DNA of 64,000 nt. It comes from an uncultured Actinomycetes bacterium (lineage in GTDB: Bacteria > Actinomycetota > Thermoleophilia > Gaiellales > F1-60-MAGs149). Shown piece after piece: positions 9,843 through 19,051 of the stretch. The notes beneath the pieces were generated by a model that saw only the letters and a program-made list of their open reading frames with translations, was not told the DNA's origin and searched no databases. A program made the translations under genes and the position numbers. Where the stretch lies: the NCBI GenBank assembly GCA_963732645.1, contig CAVTAC010000007.1, forward strand, positions 226,161 to 290,160. Direction: 5' to 3'. How positions within the stretch are numbered: the first letter of the stretch is position 1; every line of letters starts with the position of its first letter.

Positions 9843-10777
9843 CGCTTGCGCTTCCTCGATCCCCGGTCCTGCACGTGCTGGAACCCGAACCGGCCCTTGA
9901 TGCAGAGGTTGCCCTCGGTCACGTCGTGGTCGGCGGGGCTCGTGACGCGCACGATCTCGTTGTCCTGCACGTGCAGCTCGAGGTTGCAGCCGACCCCGCA
10001 GTACGGGCAGATCGTGGTCGTGACGGTCTGCGCCTCCTCGTCCCACGTGCCGGCCTCGCGCAGGTCGTGCTCCGACTTGAACATCAGCGCGCCGGTGGGG
10101 CACACGGCGATGCAGTTGCCGCAGTAGACGCACGCGGACTCGGGCAGGGCGACGACGTACTCGGTCGAGATGCGCGCGTCGAACCCGCGGCCCGCGACGG
10201 TGATCGCGAACGTGTTCTGGTGCTGGTCGCCGCAGGCGTCGACGCACTTGTAACAGAGGATGCACTTGGAGTAGTCGCGCACGTAGAGCTCGTTGTCGAC
10301 CTTGATCGGCGCGTGCACGGTGGCGGCCGTGAGGCCGTCGGGCTCGACGTGGTGGCCGGTGCGCTTGCGGTCGCGCAGCGGGTCGGGCGGGGCGGGCGGC
10401 CCGTACCGCTCGGGCTGCGCCTCGTACTCGTCGCAGTAGGCCTGCGCGGCGGGCGACGTCTCGAGGTCGACCGACGACGCCAGGAACTCCAGCACCAGCT
10501 TGCGCGAGTGGCGCACGCGGTCGGAGTCGGTCAGCACCTTCATGCCCGGCTCGGCCTTGCGCGAGCACGACGGCGCGAGCACGCGGGCGCCCTCGATCTC
10601 GACCACGCAGACGCGGCAGACGTTGGCCGGCGTGAGGGTCTCGCCGTAGCAGAGGGTCGGCGTCGAGACACCGAGCTTCGAGAGGCCGTCGAGGATCGTC
10701 TGGCCCTCGAACACCTTCACGGGCTGGCCGTCGACCTCGAACTCGACCATGCGCTTCGGGGCGCCGATGAGCGTCAT
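9839..10777 (-). CDS. formate dehydrogenase Fe-S module (NuoG/FdsA N-terminal-like), encoded separately from the catalytic module
   Basis: 312 aa: 2Fe-2S region (CYGETLTPANVCRVC), two 4Fe-4S ferredoxin motifs (CILCYKCVDAC, CVYCGNCIAVCP) and the Mo-bisPGD-type cluster motif (CPYCGVGCNL...CIKG). It stops right after GRFGFQHV, where alpha subunits normally continue into the catalytic domain. Confidence 0.85.
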   Translation of the reverse strand: MTLIGAPKRMVEFEVDGQPVKVFEGQTILDGLSKLGVSTPTLCYGETLTPANVCRVCVVEIEGARVLAPSCSRKAEPGMKVLTDSDRVRHSRKLVLEFLASSVDLETSPAAQAYCDEYEAQPERYGPPAPPDPLRDRKRTGHHVEPDGLTAATVHAPIKVDNELYVRDYSKCILCYKCVDACGDQHQNTFAITVAGRGFDARISTEYVVALPESACVYCGNCIAVCPTGALMFKSEHDLREAGTWDEEAQTVTTTICPYCGVGCNLELHVQDNEIVRVTSPADHDVTEGNLCIKGRFGFQHVQDRGSRKRKR

Positions 10778-12609
10778 TTCAGGATCCCCAGCCGGTTGAT
10801 GGCGGACTCGATCGCGCTCGACGCGGTCTGTCCGAGACCGCAGATCGAGGCGTCGCGCATGCACTGGCCCATCTCGCCGATGAGCGCGATCTCGTCGCCG
10901 CGGCCGTTGCCGCCGACGATGCGCGCCAGCGCCTCCTGCTGGCGGACGGTGCCGACGCGGCAGGGCACGCACTGGCCGCACGACTCGTTGCGGAAGAAGG
11001 CGGCGATGCGCATCAGCATGCGCGGCAGGTCGACGGTGTCGTCCATCACCAGCACGACGCCGGAGCCGAGCGTGGTCTTCGCCGCGCGGGCCGCCTCCAT
11101 GGTCAGCGGCAGGTCGAGCTCGTCGGGGCCGACGAAGCCGCCGGCCGCGCCGCCGAGCAGCACCGTCTGCAGCGTCCGGCCCGCGGGCAGCCCGCCGGCC
11201 AGGTCGAGCAGCTCGCCCAGCGTCGCGCCGAACGGCACCTCGTAGACGCCGGGCACCACGACGTTGCCGCTGACGCAGAACAGCTTCGTGCCGGTGGAGG
11301 CCTCGGTGCCGGTGGCCGCGTAGGCGGGGCCGCCGCCCTGCAGCACGTCGAGCACGTTGACGAGCGTCTCGACGTTGTTGATCACGGTCGGCTTCTGGAA
11401 GAGGCCGGCGACGACCGGGAACGGGGGCTTGTTGCGCGGCTCGCCGCGGAAGCCCTCGATCGAGTTGAAGATCGCCGTCTCCTCGCCGCAGATGTAGGCG
11501 CCGGCGCCCTTGCGGATCTCGAGGTCGAACGCGAAGCCCTCGCCCAGCACGTCGTCGCCCAGGTAGCCGCGCCGCCGTGCCTCCGCGATCGCGTCGCCGA
11601 GGATGCGGTGCGCCATCGGGTACTCGCCGCGCAGGTACACGAAGCCGATCTCGCAGCCCGTCGCATAGCCGGCGATGGTCATCGCCTCGATCAGCGAGAA
11701 CGGGTCGCCCTCGATCACGACCCGGTCCTTGAAGGTGCCGGGCTCCGACTCGTCGGCGTTGCAGATCAGGTAGTGGGGCCGCGCCGGCTGGCGGGCGACC
11801 GCCTCCCACTTGACGCCGGTCGGAAACGCGGCGCCGCCGCGGCCCATCAGCTTGGAGTCCTTGACCTCGCGGATGACGCCGTCGGGGCCGAGGCCGACCG
11901 CCATCCGCAGCGTCTCGTAGCCGCCCGCGGCGCGGTAGGCGTCGAGGCTGACCGGATCGATGCGGCCGACGCGCGCCAGCAGGCGCAGCGAGTCGTCGGT
12001 CTGCGGCAGGGTCGTGACCGGGTCGCCCGGCACGTCGGCGCCGGCCAGCGCGGAGAGCACGTCGCGCGCGGTGGTGGGCGCGAGCACGCGCTCGTCGGGC
12101 GCCTCGCCGGCGTCGGTCACGAGCGCCGCCGGCGCCCGGTCGCACTGGCCGAGGCACGGGCTGCGGTACCAGGTGGCGGAGCCGTCGTCGGACAGGTCGC
12201 CCTCGGGGCCGAACCGCTCCTCCAGCTGCGCGATCAGATCGTCGGAGCCGACGCACTTGCACGCCAGGTCCTCGCACACGTGGATCACCCGCGGCGGCCG
12301 GGGATCGGTCGCGAGCATGGCGTAGAAGGTGGCCACGCCGTAGGCGTCGGCGGGCGGCACGGTCAGGCGCGTGCAGATGTAGTTGAGCGCGCCGGGGCTG
12401 ATCCAGCCGATGTGCTCCTGGACGGCCCACAGCGCCGGCAGCAGCTCGTGCCGGCGGCTGCGCGCGGCGTGGCCGCCGCCGGTCGCGATGCGGTCGTCGA
12501 GCGGCCGCCGGACACCGCCCGTCCAACCCGTCTCGGGCGGCCCGAGCAGGTGGTCGACCGCGGCGCGCTCGGCGCTGGTCGGCTCGGCGTCGATGGGATG
12601 GATGTCCAT
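10774..12609 (-). CDS. fused NuoE-like/NuoF-like NAD(H)-binding Fe-S flavoprotein (FdsG-FdsB-type FDH diaphorase subunit)
   Basis: Intact frame. NuoE-like CEDLACKC...CLGQCDRAP, then NuoF-like GRGGAAFPTGVKW, CNADESEPGTFKDR, ESCGQCVPCR. Start and stop overlap both neighbours (TGATG, ATGA). Confidence 0.9.
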   Translation of the reverse strand: MDIHPIDAEPTSAERAAVDHLLGPPETGWTGGVRRPLDDRIATGGGHAARSRRHELLPALWAVQEHIGWISPGALNYICTRLTVPPADAYGVATFYAMLATDPRPPRVIHVCEDLACKCVGSDDLIAQLEERFGPEGDLSDDGSATWYRSPCLGQCDRAPAALVTDAGEAPDERVLAPTTARDVLSALAGADVPGDPVTTLPQTDDSLRLLARVGRIDPVSLDAYRAAGGYETLRMAVGLGPDGVIREVKDSKLMGRGGAAFPTGVKWEAVARQPARPHYLICNADESEPGTFKDRVVIEGDPFSLIEAMTIAGYATGCEIGFVYLRGEYPMAHRILGDAIAEARRRGYLGDDVLGEGFAFDLEIRKGAGAYICGEETAIFNSIEGFRGEPRNKPPFPVVAGLFQKPTVINNVETLVNVLDVLQGGGPAYAATGTEASTGTKLFCVSGNVVVPGVYEVPFGATLGELLDLAGGLPAGRTLQTVLLGGAAGGFVGPDELDLPLTMEAARAAKTTLGSGVVLVMDDTVDLPRMLMRIAAFFRNESCGQCVPCRVGTVRQQEALARIVGGNGRGDEIALIGEMGQCMRDASICGLGQTASSAIESAINRLGILK

Positions 12610-14559
12610 CAGTCTCCCGTGATCTCGGCCGGCAGCTGGACCTCGGCGCGGTCGGTGGCGGGCGGCGACACGATCTTGTCCACGCGGATCGCCGCGGCCT
12701 TGAACTCCGCCGTGCCGCTGAGCGGGTCGGTGACGTCGATCGTGAGCACGTTCGAGTCGACCTGGTCGGGGAAGTGGAACGTCATGAAGCACAGGCCCGG
12801 CCGCAGCGCGCGGTCGATGTGCACCGGCGCCTCGACCGATCCGCGGCGTGACGAGACGCGCACGATCTCGCCCTCCTCGAGCAGCAGGCGGTCGGCGTCC
12901 TCCGGCGCGAGGTCGAGCGACTCGCCACGGTGCAGCGGCGACGAGTAGCGGTTCGTCTGGGCGCCGGTGTTGTACGACTCGAGCCGGCGGCCGGTGGTCA
13001 GCCGCAGCGGGTACTCGGCGTCGAGCGACTCGTACGGCGGCTGGTGCTCGACGATCGTGAACGGCGCCAGCGGCCCCTCGACGGGATCGAGCCAGAGCCG
13101 CTCGTGCAGGATCTGCGAGCCCGGATGGTCCTCGTCCGGGCACGGCCACTGGATGCCGCCGAGCGCCTCGAGCCGGTCGTAGCTCATGCCGCGCGTGCAT
13201 CGGCGACAGCGAGCGCACCTCGTCCCACACCTGCTCGGCGGTCGGGTTGCCCCAGTCGTGGCCCAGGCGCTTCGCGATCTCGCCCAGGATCCACATGTCG
13301 TCCATCGCCTCGCCCGGCGGCTCGAGCGCCTTGCGGGTGCGCTGCACGCGGCGCTCCGAGTTGGTGACGGTGCCGTCGGCCTCGCACCACGACGCGGCGG
13401 AGGGCAGCACGACGTCGGCCAGCTCGGCGGTGGCCGTCAGGAAGATGTCCTGGACGACCATGAAGTCGAGCTCGCGCAGCAGCTGCCGCGTGCGCTGCAC
13501 GTCGGCCTCGGACTGCGCCGGGTTCTCGCCGATCACGTACAGCGTGCGCAGCTCGCCGCGCTCCATGCGCGTGGAACATCTGCGTCAGGTGCCAGCCGTA
13601 GCGGGGCGTGATGGTGCAGTCCCAGGCGGCCTCGAACTTGGCGCGGGCCGCGTCGTCGCGCTCGATGTCCTGGAAGCCGGTCAGCTTGTTCGGGATGGCG
13701 CCCATGTCGCCGCCGCCCTGCACGTTGTTCTGGCCGCGCAGCGGGTTGAGGCCCGAGCCGTAGCGGCCGACGTGGCCGCACAGCAGCGCCAGGTTGATCA
13801 GCGACAGCACGTTGTTGACGCCGACGTGGTGCTCGGTGATGCCGAGCGTCCAGCAGATCATCGCCCGGTCGGCCCGCGCGAACGTGTGCGCGACGTCGCG
13901 GATCGTGTCGGCCGGCACGCCCGTGATGCGCTCGCCCTCGGCCAGCGTGAACGGCTCCACCGAGGCGGCGTACTCGTCGAAGTTCAGCGTCGAGTGCTCG
14001 ACGAAGGTGCGGTTCACGAGCCCGGCGTGGATGATCTCGCGGGCGATCGTGTTGGAGAGCGCGATGTCGGTGCCGACATCGAGGCCCATCCAGGTGTCGG
14101 CCCACTCCGCCGATGACGTGCGCCGCGGATCGACCACGACCAGCCTGGCGCCGTTGTGGACGCCCTTCAGCAGGTGGTGGAAGAAGATGGATGCGTCGCT
14201 CGCGCGTTCGATCCCCACAGCAGGATCACGTCCGTGTGCTCGATCTCCTCGTAGGACGACGTGCCGCCGCCCGCCCCGAATACCGTCGCCAGACCGACGA
14301 CGCTAGGTGCGTGTCAAGTGCGGTTGCAGGAGTCGATGTTGTTCGACCCCATCACCTGCCGGGACAGCTTGCCGGCGAGGAAGTTCATCTCGTTCGAGGC
14401 CTTCGAGCACGAGAAGATGCCGAAGGAGGTGGTGGTGTCGCTGTTTGCCCGGGCCCGGCCGAAGCCCTCCGCCACGCGGTCGAGCGCCTCGTCCCAGGTG
14501 GCGGGACGCAGCTCGCCGTTGTCGCGCACGAGCGGGGTGGTGAGACGGCCGGTGGTCAT
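12609..14559 (-). pseudogene. fdhA: formate dehydrogenase catalytic (molybdopterin) module with in-frame TGA (selenocysteine); three frame breaks as assembled
   Basis: AGGAGG lies 7 nt before the ATG at 14559. The sequence reads MTTGRLTTPLVRDNGELRPATWDEAL...NNIDSCNRT-TGA(14316-14314)-HAPSVVGLATVFG. The remaining domains are in ORF 13184..14218, the first ~320 codons of ORF 10774..13566, and ORF 12609..13187. Breaks are near 14196, 13567 and 13190. Confidence 0.9.
14284..14313 (-). promoter_or_regulatory. candidate bacterial SECIS hairpin directly 3' of the UGA
   Basis: The minus-strand RNA after UGA reads CAC GCA CCU AGC GUC GUC GGU CUG GCG ACG. Stem C-GUCGUC / GGCGAC-G (14302-14296 with 14290-14284) closes a GGUCU loop. 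GGUCUG sits at the same codon offset from UGA as in E. coli fdhF. Confidence 0.65.
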
Positions 14560-14643
14560 GGGCGTTCCTCCTGCAAGAGAAAGCGATCCAGCACATCGTG
14601 ACCCGCGCCGGAGGCGGAGGCAACACGGCTGTTCCACTCGATT

Positions 14644-14660
14644 GATAGGCGCCGCCTATC
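14644..14660. promoter_or_regulatory. perfect 17-nt palindrome, candidate operator upstream of the FDH operon
   Basis: GATAGGCG-C-CGCCTATC, 85-100 nt upstream of the fdhA ATG (14559). No known regulator assigned. Confidence 0.3.
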
Positions 14661-14678
14661 GTACGTCCCGCGTCGTCG

Positions 14679-14767
14679 TCCCTTCCCCCTCCCCGCCTTC
14701 CCTCTCCCTTACCCTACCCCTTCTCCCCTCCCCTCCCTCCTTCCCCCCCTCTCCCCTTCCCTTTTTC
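14679..14767. repeat. 89-nt polypyrimidine (+) / polypurine, G-run-rich (-) tract in the divergent FDH / FAD-oxidoreductase control region
   Basis: There are only 3 purines on the + strand (g14695, a14711, a14716), and 14717-14767 is a 51-nt pure pyrimidine run. I count 13 runs of 3 or more C (G on the minus strand). Confidence 0.9.
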
Positions 14768-14857
14768 GTGCCCTCTGGCAGAACTTTTGGGTCAACCCAA
14801 ACGGCTTGGGGTCACCCCTCTCCCACGATCCAGCCCCCCTCGCTTACGCTCTCCGGC

Positions 14858-16031
14858 GTGACCGATTCGACCGACATCGCCATCGTCGGGGCCGGCATCT
14901 TCGGCCTCGCGACCGCCCATGCGCTGTGCCGTGACGGCTCTGACCGCGTGACCCTGCTCGACCGCGGGCTGCCCGCCTCGGGCGACTCCGGGCGGTCGTT
15001 CTCGATGGTGCGGCGCCACTACTCGAACGCCGTCACGGCGCGGCTCGCGATCGCCGGCTCGCGCACGATCATGGACTGGAGCGACGAGGTGGGCGTGGCC
15101 GACGCCGGCTACGTCCGCTGCGGCTACCTGCTGACGGTGCCCGAGCGCCTGCGCGAGGCGTGCCAGGGCAACGTCGAGCTGCTGCAGGGCCTCGGGCTGG
15201 ACACGCGGTTCCTCGAGCCCGGCGAGATCGCCGCGGCCGAGCCGGAGCTGTCGCTGGAGGGCGTCGCGGGCGCCGCCTACGAGCCCGACGGCGGCTTCGC
15301 CGACGCGCAGAAGATGTGCCTCGGCTGGTACGCGGCGGCGTCGGAGAACGGGCTCGACGGCCGGCTCGGCACCGACGTGAACGGCGATCCGCGTCGAGGG
15401 CGGCCGCGTCCGGGGCGTCGAGACGGCGAACGGCTTCCTCGCCACCGACCGGGTGGTGCTCGCCACCGGCGCCTGGGGCAACGAGCTGCTGCGGCCGCTG
15501 GGCGCCGAGCAGCCGATCGCGCTGCGTCGCCTGCAGGTTGCGGTGCTGCGCCAGCCGATCGGCGCGCCGCTGCCGACCGCGGTCTGCTCCGACGCCGTCA
15601 CGAACGTCGTCGTCCGCCCCGACCGCGGGCAGCAGTTCTACGCCGTCGCGTACTTCGGCGACGAGCCCCTGGAGCGCGCCGGCGACTGCGACAACGGCAT
15701 CTCGGAGGGCTACGAGGCCGTCGTCCGGCGCGCCGTGGCCGAGCGCTACCCGCGGCTGGGCGGCTTCGAGCTGCAGCGCGGCTTCGCGGGGCCGTACGAC
15801 TCCTCGCCCGACTGGAACCCGATCATCGGCCCGTGCCCCGGCGTCGAGGGCCTGTACCTCGCGCTGGCCTGGTGCGGCCACGGCTTCAAGCTCTCGCCCG
15901 CCGTCGGCGAGGTGGTCGCGGCCGAGGTCGCCGGCCGCACGCCGCCGATCGACGTCACCGACCTGCGCCCGACCCGGTTCGCCGAGGGCAAGCTGCTCCA
16001 CCTCGCGTACGGCCCGGGCGCGCGCGCCTGA
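14858..16031 (+). pseudogene. FAD-dependent oxidoreductase (DAO / sarcosine-oxidase-beta-like); one frame break as assembled
   Basis: GTG start, then VTDSTDIAIVGAGIFGLATAHAL (GxGxxG). After a shift near 15380 it continues TAIRVEGGRVRGVETANGFLATDRVVLATGAWG...WCGHGFKLSPAVGE in ORF 15453..16031. Confidence 0.8.
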
Positions 16032-16033
16032 CC

Positions 16034-16659
16034 GTGCGCGCCGCGGGCGTCATCCTCGCGGGCGGCCGCTCGCTGCGGATGGGCTCGCCCAAGGCCGCGC
16101 TCCCGTGGGGCCCGGGGACGCTGCTCGACCACGTCTGCGCGCTGGTCGCCGAGGCGGTCGACGGGCCGCTGGTCGTCGTCCGCGCGCCCGGCCAGCAGCT
16201 GCCCGAACTGCCGGCCGGCGTTCTCGTTGCCGAGGACGCGCGGAGGGCGGAGGGCCGCTGGTCGGCATCCTGGCCGGGCTGGGGGCGGTCGCGGCCCAGG
16301 CCGACGCGGCCTACGTGTCGGCGGTCGACATGCCTGGGCTGCGGCCCGCGTTCGTGCGCCGGGTGCTGCAGGGTCTGGACGCCGCGACCGACGTCGTGCT
16401 GCCCGAGGCGCACGGCTTCCGGCATCCGCTGGCGGCCGCGTACCGCACCGCCGTGGCCGTGCCGCTGGCCGAGATCGTGGCGGCCGGCGGCGTCAAGCCG
16501 GCCGAGCTGTACGCCGTCGTCCGCACCCGCGTCGTCGGCCCCGGCTGGCTGCTCGACGACCCCGTGCTGCGGGCCGCGGATCCAGCGCTCGAGTCGCTGC
16601 TGAACGTGAACGATCCGGAAGCCTATGCCGCCGCACATTCAGTAGCCTTCCCGCCATGA
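16034..16659 (+). pseudogene. mobA: molybdenum cofactor guanylyltransferase MobA; one frame break as assembled
   Basis: VRAAGVILAGGRSLRMGSPKAALPWG... continues after a shift near 16245 as GPLVGILAGLGAV...YVSAVDMPGLRP. The stop overlaps the next ATG (ATGA). Confidence 0.8.
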
Positions 16660-18045
16660 GCGATCACGCCGCACTCGACGCTGCCCACGCTCATGCGCGG
16701 GCGTTTCTCGACTCCGTCCGCGACCGTCCGGCCGGCCCGTCGGCGACGACCGCCGAGGTGGTCGAGGCGCTCGGCGGCCCGCTGCCGCAGGCCGGCACCG
16801 ACCCGGTGGCGGTGATCGACCACCTGGCGCGTGCGGCCGAGCCGGGCCTCGTCAACTCGCCCGGGCCGCGCTACTTCGGCTTCGTGATCGGCGGCTCGGT
16901 CCCGGCGGCGCTCGCCGCCGACACGCTGCGGTGGCGTGGGACCAGATCGCCGGCATGCAGGTCATGTCGCCGGCGGCCGCCGCGGCCGAGGAGGTGGCGG
17001 GCGCGTGGCTGCTCGAGCTGCTCGGGCTGCCGGCCGGCGTGTCGTTCGGCTTCGTCACCGGCGCGCAGATGGCGAACTTCACGTGCCTCGCCGCGGCGCG
17101 TCACGCGGTGCTGCAGCGCGCCGGCTGGGACGTCGAGCGCGACGGGCTGCACGTCGCGCCGCGGGTGCGCGTATTCGCGGGCGAGCAGTCGCACGCGACG
17201 GTCTACCTCGCGCTGCGCTAGCTGGGTCTCGGCGCGCCGCGGCAGATCCCGGTCGACGGCGAGGGCCGGATGCTGCCCGCGGCGCTGGCGGCGGCGCTCG
17301 CCGAGGGCGACGGGCCGGCGATCGTGTGCGCGCAGGCCGGCGACGTCAACAGCGGCGCGTTCGACCGCTTCGCCGAGATCGCCGACAGCTGCGCGGCGCA
17401 CGGCGCCTGGCTGCACGTCGACGGCGCGTTCGGGCTGTGGGCGGCGGCGAGCCCGTCGCTGCGGCACCTCGTCGCCGGCGTCGAGCGCGCCGACTCGTGG
17501 GCCACCGACGCCACAAGTGGCTGAACGTGCCGTACGACTCGGCGGTCGTGTTCGTGCGCGATCCCGAGGCGCACGCCGCGGCGATGACCTGGCAGACGTC
17601 GTACGTGACGCCGGGCGAGGGCCGCGGGCCGTACCGGTACGTGCCCGAGGCCTCGCGCCGCGCGCGCGGCTTCGCGGTGTGGGCGGCGATCGCGGCGATG
17701 GGTGCCGCGGGCATCGCCGACCTGGTCGACCGCTGCTGCGCGAACGCCCGCCGGTTCGCGGGGCTGATGGCGGCCGAGCCCGGCATCGAGATCCTCAACG
17801 AGGTCGTGCTGAACCAGGTCGTCGTGCGGTTCGGCGACTCCGACGCGGTGACGCACGACGTCAGCGCGCGGGTGCAGGCCGAGGGCACGTGCTGGCTCGG
17901 CGGCACGACTGGAACGGCCGCGACGCGGTGCGGTTCTCGACCACGAACTGGTCGACGACGGCGGACGACATCGACCGCTCGGCGGCCGCGATCGTCGGCG
18001 GCCTATCGGGCCAGCCTGCAGGCGACTGCGGCGGCCGCGAAATGA
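16656..18045 (+). pseudogene. pyridoxal-dependent (group II-like) decarboxylase; three frame breaks and one in-frame TAG as assembled
   Basis: MSDHAALDAAHAHARAFLDS..., GFVTGAQMANFTCLAAAR, HVDGAFGLWAAAS, PLP-lysine motif DAHKWLNVPYD. Breaks are near 16930, 17515 and 17905. A TAG at 17219-17221 falls where the frame otherwise continues (LALR*LGLG). Confidence 0.8.
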
Positions 18046-18048
18046 AAT

Positions 18049-18084
18049 GCGGCGGGCCGCGCTCCCGGGAGCACGACCCGCCGC
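18049..18084. terminator. GC-rich hairpin between the convergent decarboxylase and small-protein genes
   Basis: GCGGCGGG...GCTCCC/GGGAGC...CCCGCCGC starts 4 nt after the decarboxylase TGA. There is no clear U-tract. Confidence 0.45.
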
Positions 18085-18236
18085 TCAGAGACGCGCCAGG
18101 TGTCTCACCGGCAGCGGATGGCATCCTCGTACCGGCAATCTACCCCTTTTGGGGCCGGCCAAACCCCGTCGGGGCGACGTCTTACGGAACCTTTACCCCG
18201 ATGGACGCAGGGCCCCGCGGCGACCCGTCCGCGCTG

Positions 18237-18425
18237 TCACTTCCCCTGCCGGTCGAGCTCGGCGCACTGCTCGCAGAGCGGCCGGTCGCCCGTCCCCGAC
18301 CGCTTCTCCTGCGGCTCGATGTGGTAGCGCTCGGCGCACAGGGAGTTGTCGTGGTAGACCCGCCGCGCGGCCGGCTCGACCGAGAAGACCGGGCTCACCT
18401 GGGGCATCTGCGACTCCTTCGACAT
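18237..18425 (-). CDS. small conserved-looking hypothetical protein with C-x..-CxxC (possible zinc ribbon)
   Basis: 62-aa ORF with almost every codon ending in G/C (genome-typical GC3): ...RRVYHDNSLCAERYHIEPQEKRSGTGDRPLCEQCAELD. Confidence 0.55.
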   Translation of the reverse strand: MSKESQMPQVSPVFSVEPAARRVYHDNSLCAERYHIEPQEKRSGTGDRPLCEQCAELDRQGK

Positions 18426-18493
18426 CGCCTCGACGTCTACTCTTTTGAGTCGGTGCGAGACGCTCCTGATAGGACTCTCGATAGGAGTTGTAA

Positions 18494-19051
18494 GTGGTTA
18501 AGCTCATCTATTCGGCCATCGCATCGCTCGACGGCTACGTCGCCGACGCGGACGGCCACTTCGACTGGGCCGCGCCGGACGAGGAGGTGCACGCCTTCGT
18601 CAACGACCTCGAGCGGCCGGTCGGCACCTACCTCTACGGCCGCCGCATGTACGAGGTGATGGCCGCGTGGGAGACCATGGACGCGACCGCCGACCAGCCG
18701 CGTCAGCCGCGACTTCGCGGCGATCTGGCGGGCGGCCGACAAGGTCGTCTACTCGCGGACGCTGGACGCCGTGTCGACGCCGCGGACGCGGCTCGAGCGC
18801 GCCTTCGACCCGGCGGCGGTGCGGCGGCTGAAGGAGTCGGCCGGCAGTGACCTCTCGGTCGGCGGCCCGGGGCTCGCCGCGCAGGCGCTCGCGGCCGGGC
18901 TGGTGGACGAGTGCCACCTGTTCCTCACGCCCGGTCGTGGTGGGCGGCGGCACGCGGGCGCTGCCGGACGCGTCCGCGCTGGACCTCGAGCTGCTCGACG
19001 AGCGCCGCTTCGGGCGGCGTCGTCTACCTGCGCTACCGGGTCGTTGTCTGA
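18494..19051 (+). pseudogene. dihydrofolate reductase family protein (RibD C-terminal domain type); three frame breaks as assembled
   Basis: MVKLIYSAIASLDGYVADADGHFDW...YLYGRRMYEVM, then SRDFAAIW...VSTPRTRLERAFDP...DLSVGGPGLAAQALAAGLVDECHLFLTP, then VVVGGGTRALP, then VVYLRYRVVV*. These pieces lie in successive frames, with breaks near 18700, 18935 and 19015. Confidence 0.7.

Noticed and set aside
14679-14767. 6C-type small RNA (C-rich loops) at the polypyrimidine tract.
   Set aside because: The tract has almost no purines to form the stems that 6C RNA requires. It is a homopyrimidine run, not two C-loop hairpins.
14261-14857. The Pro/Ser/Leu-rich N-terminal part of ORF 14261..16603 (PSPPSLSLTLPLLPSPPSFPPSPLPFF) as a possible proline-rich protein.
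   Set aside because: It is simply the translation of the polypyrimidine tract in the intergenic region. The real gene starts at the GTG at 14858 with a GxGxxG FAD motif.
17219-17221. TAG as programmed readthrough or pyrrolysine.
   Set aside because: There is no pyl gene context. It is an isolated case in a gene that also has three frame breaks, so an error or nonsense mutation is far more likely.
14644-18486. Shared GATAGG motif: GATAGGCGCCGCCTATC upstream of fdhA and GATAGGA-N5-GATAGGA (18468-18486) in the promoter region of the 62-aa Cys protein / DHFR-family gene.
   Set aside because: A 6-nt word shared by two sites with different arrangement (inverted versus direct) is too weak to claim a common regulator.
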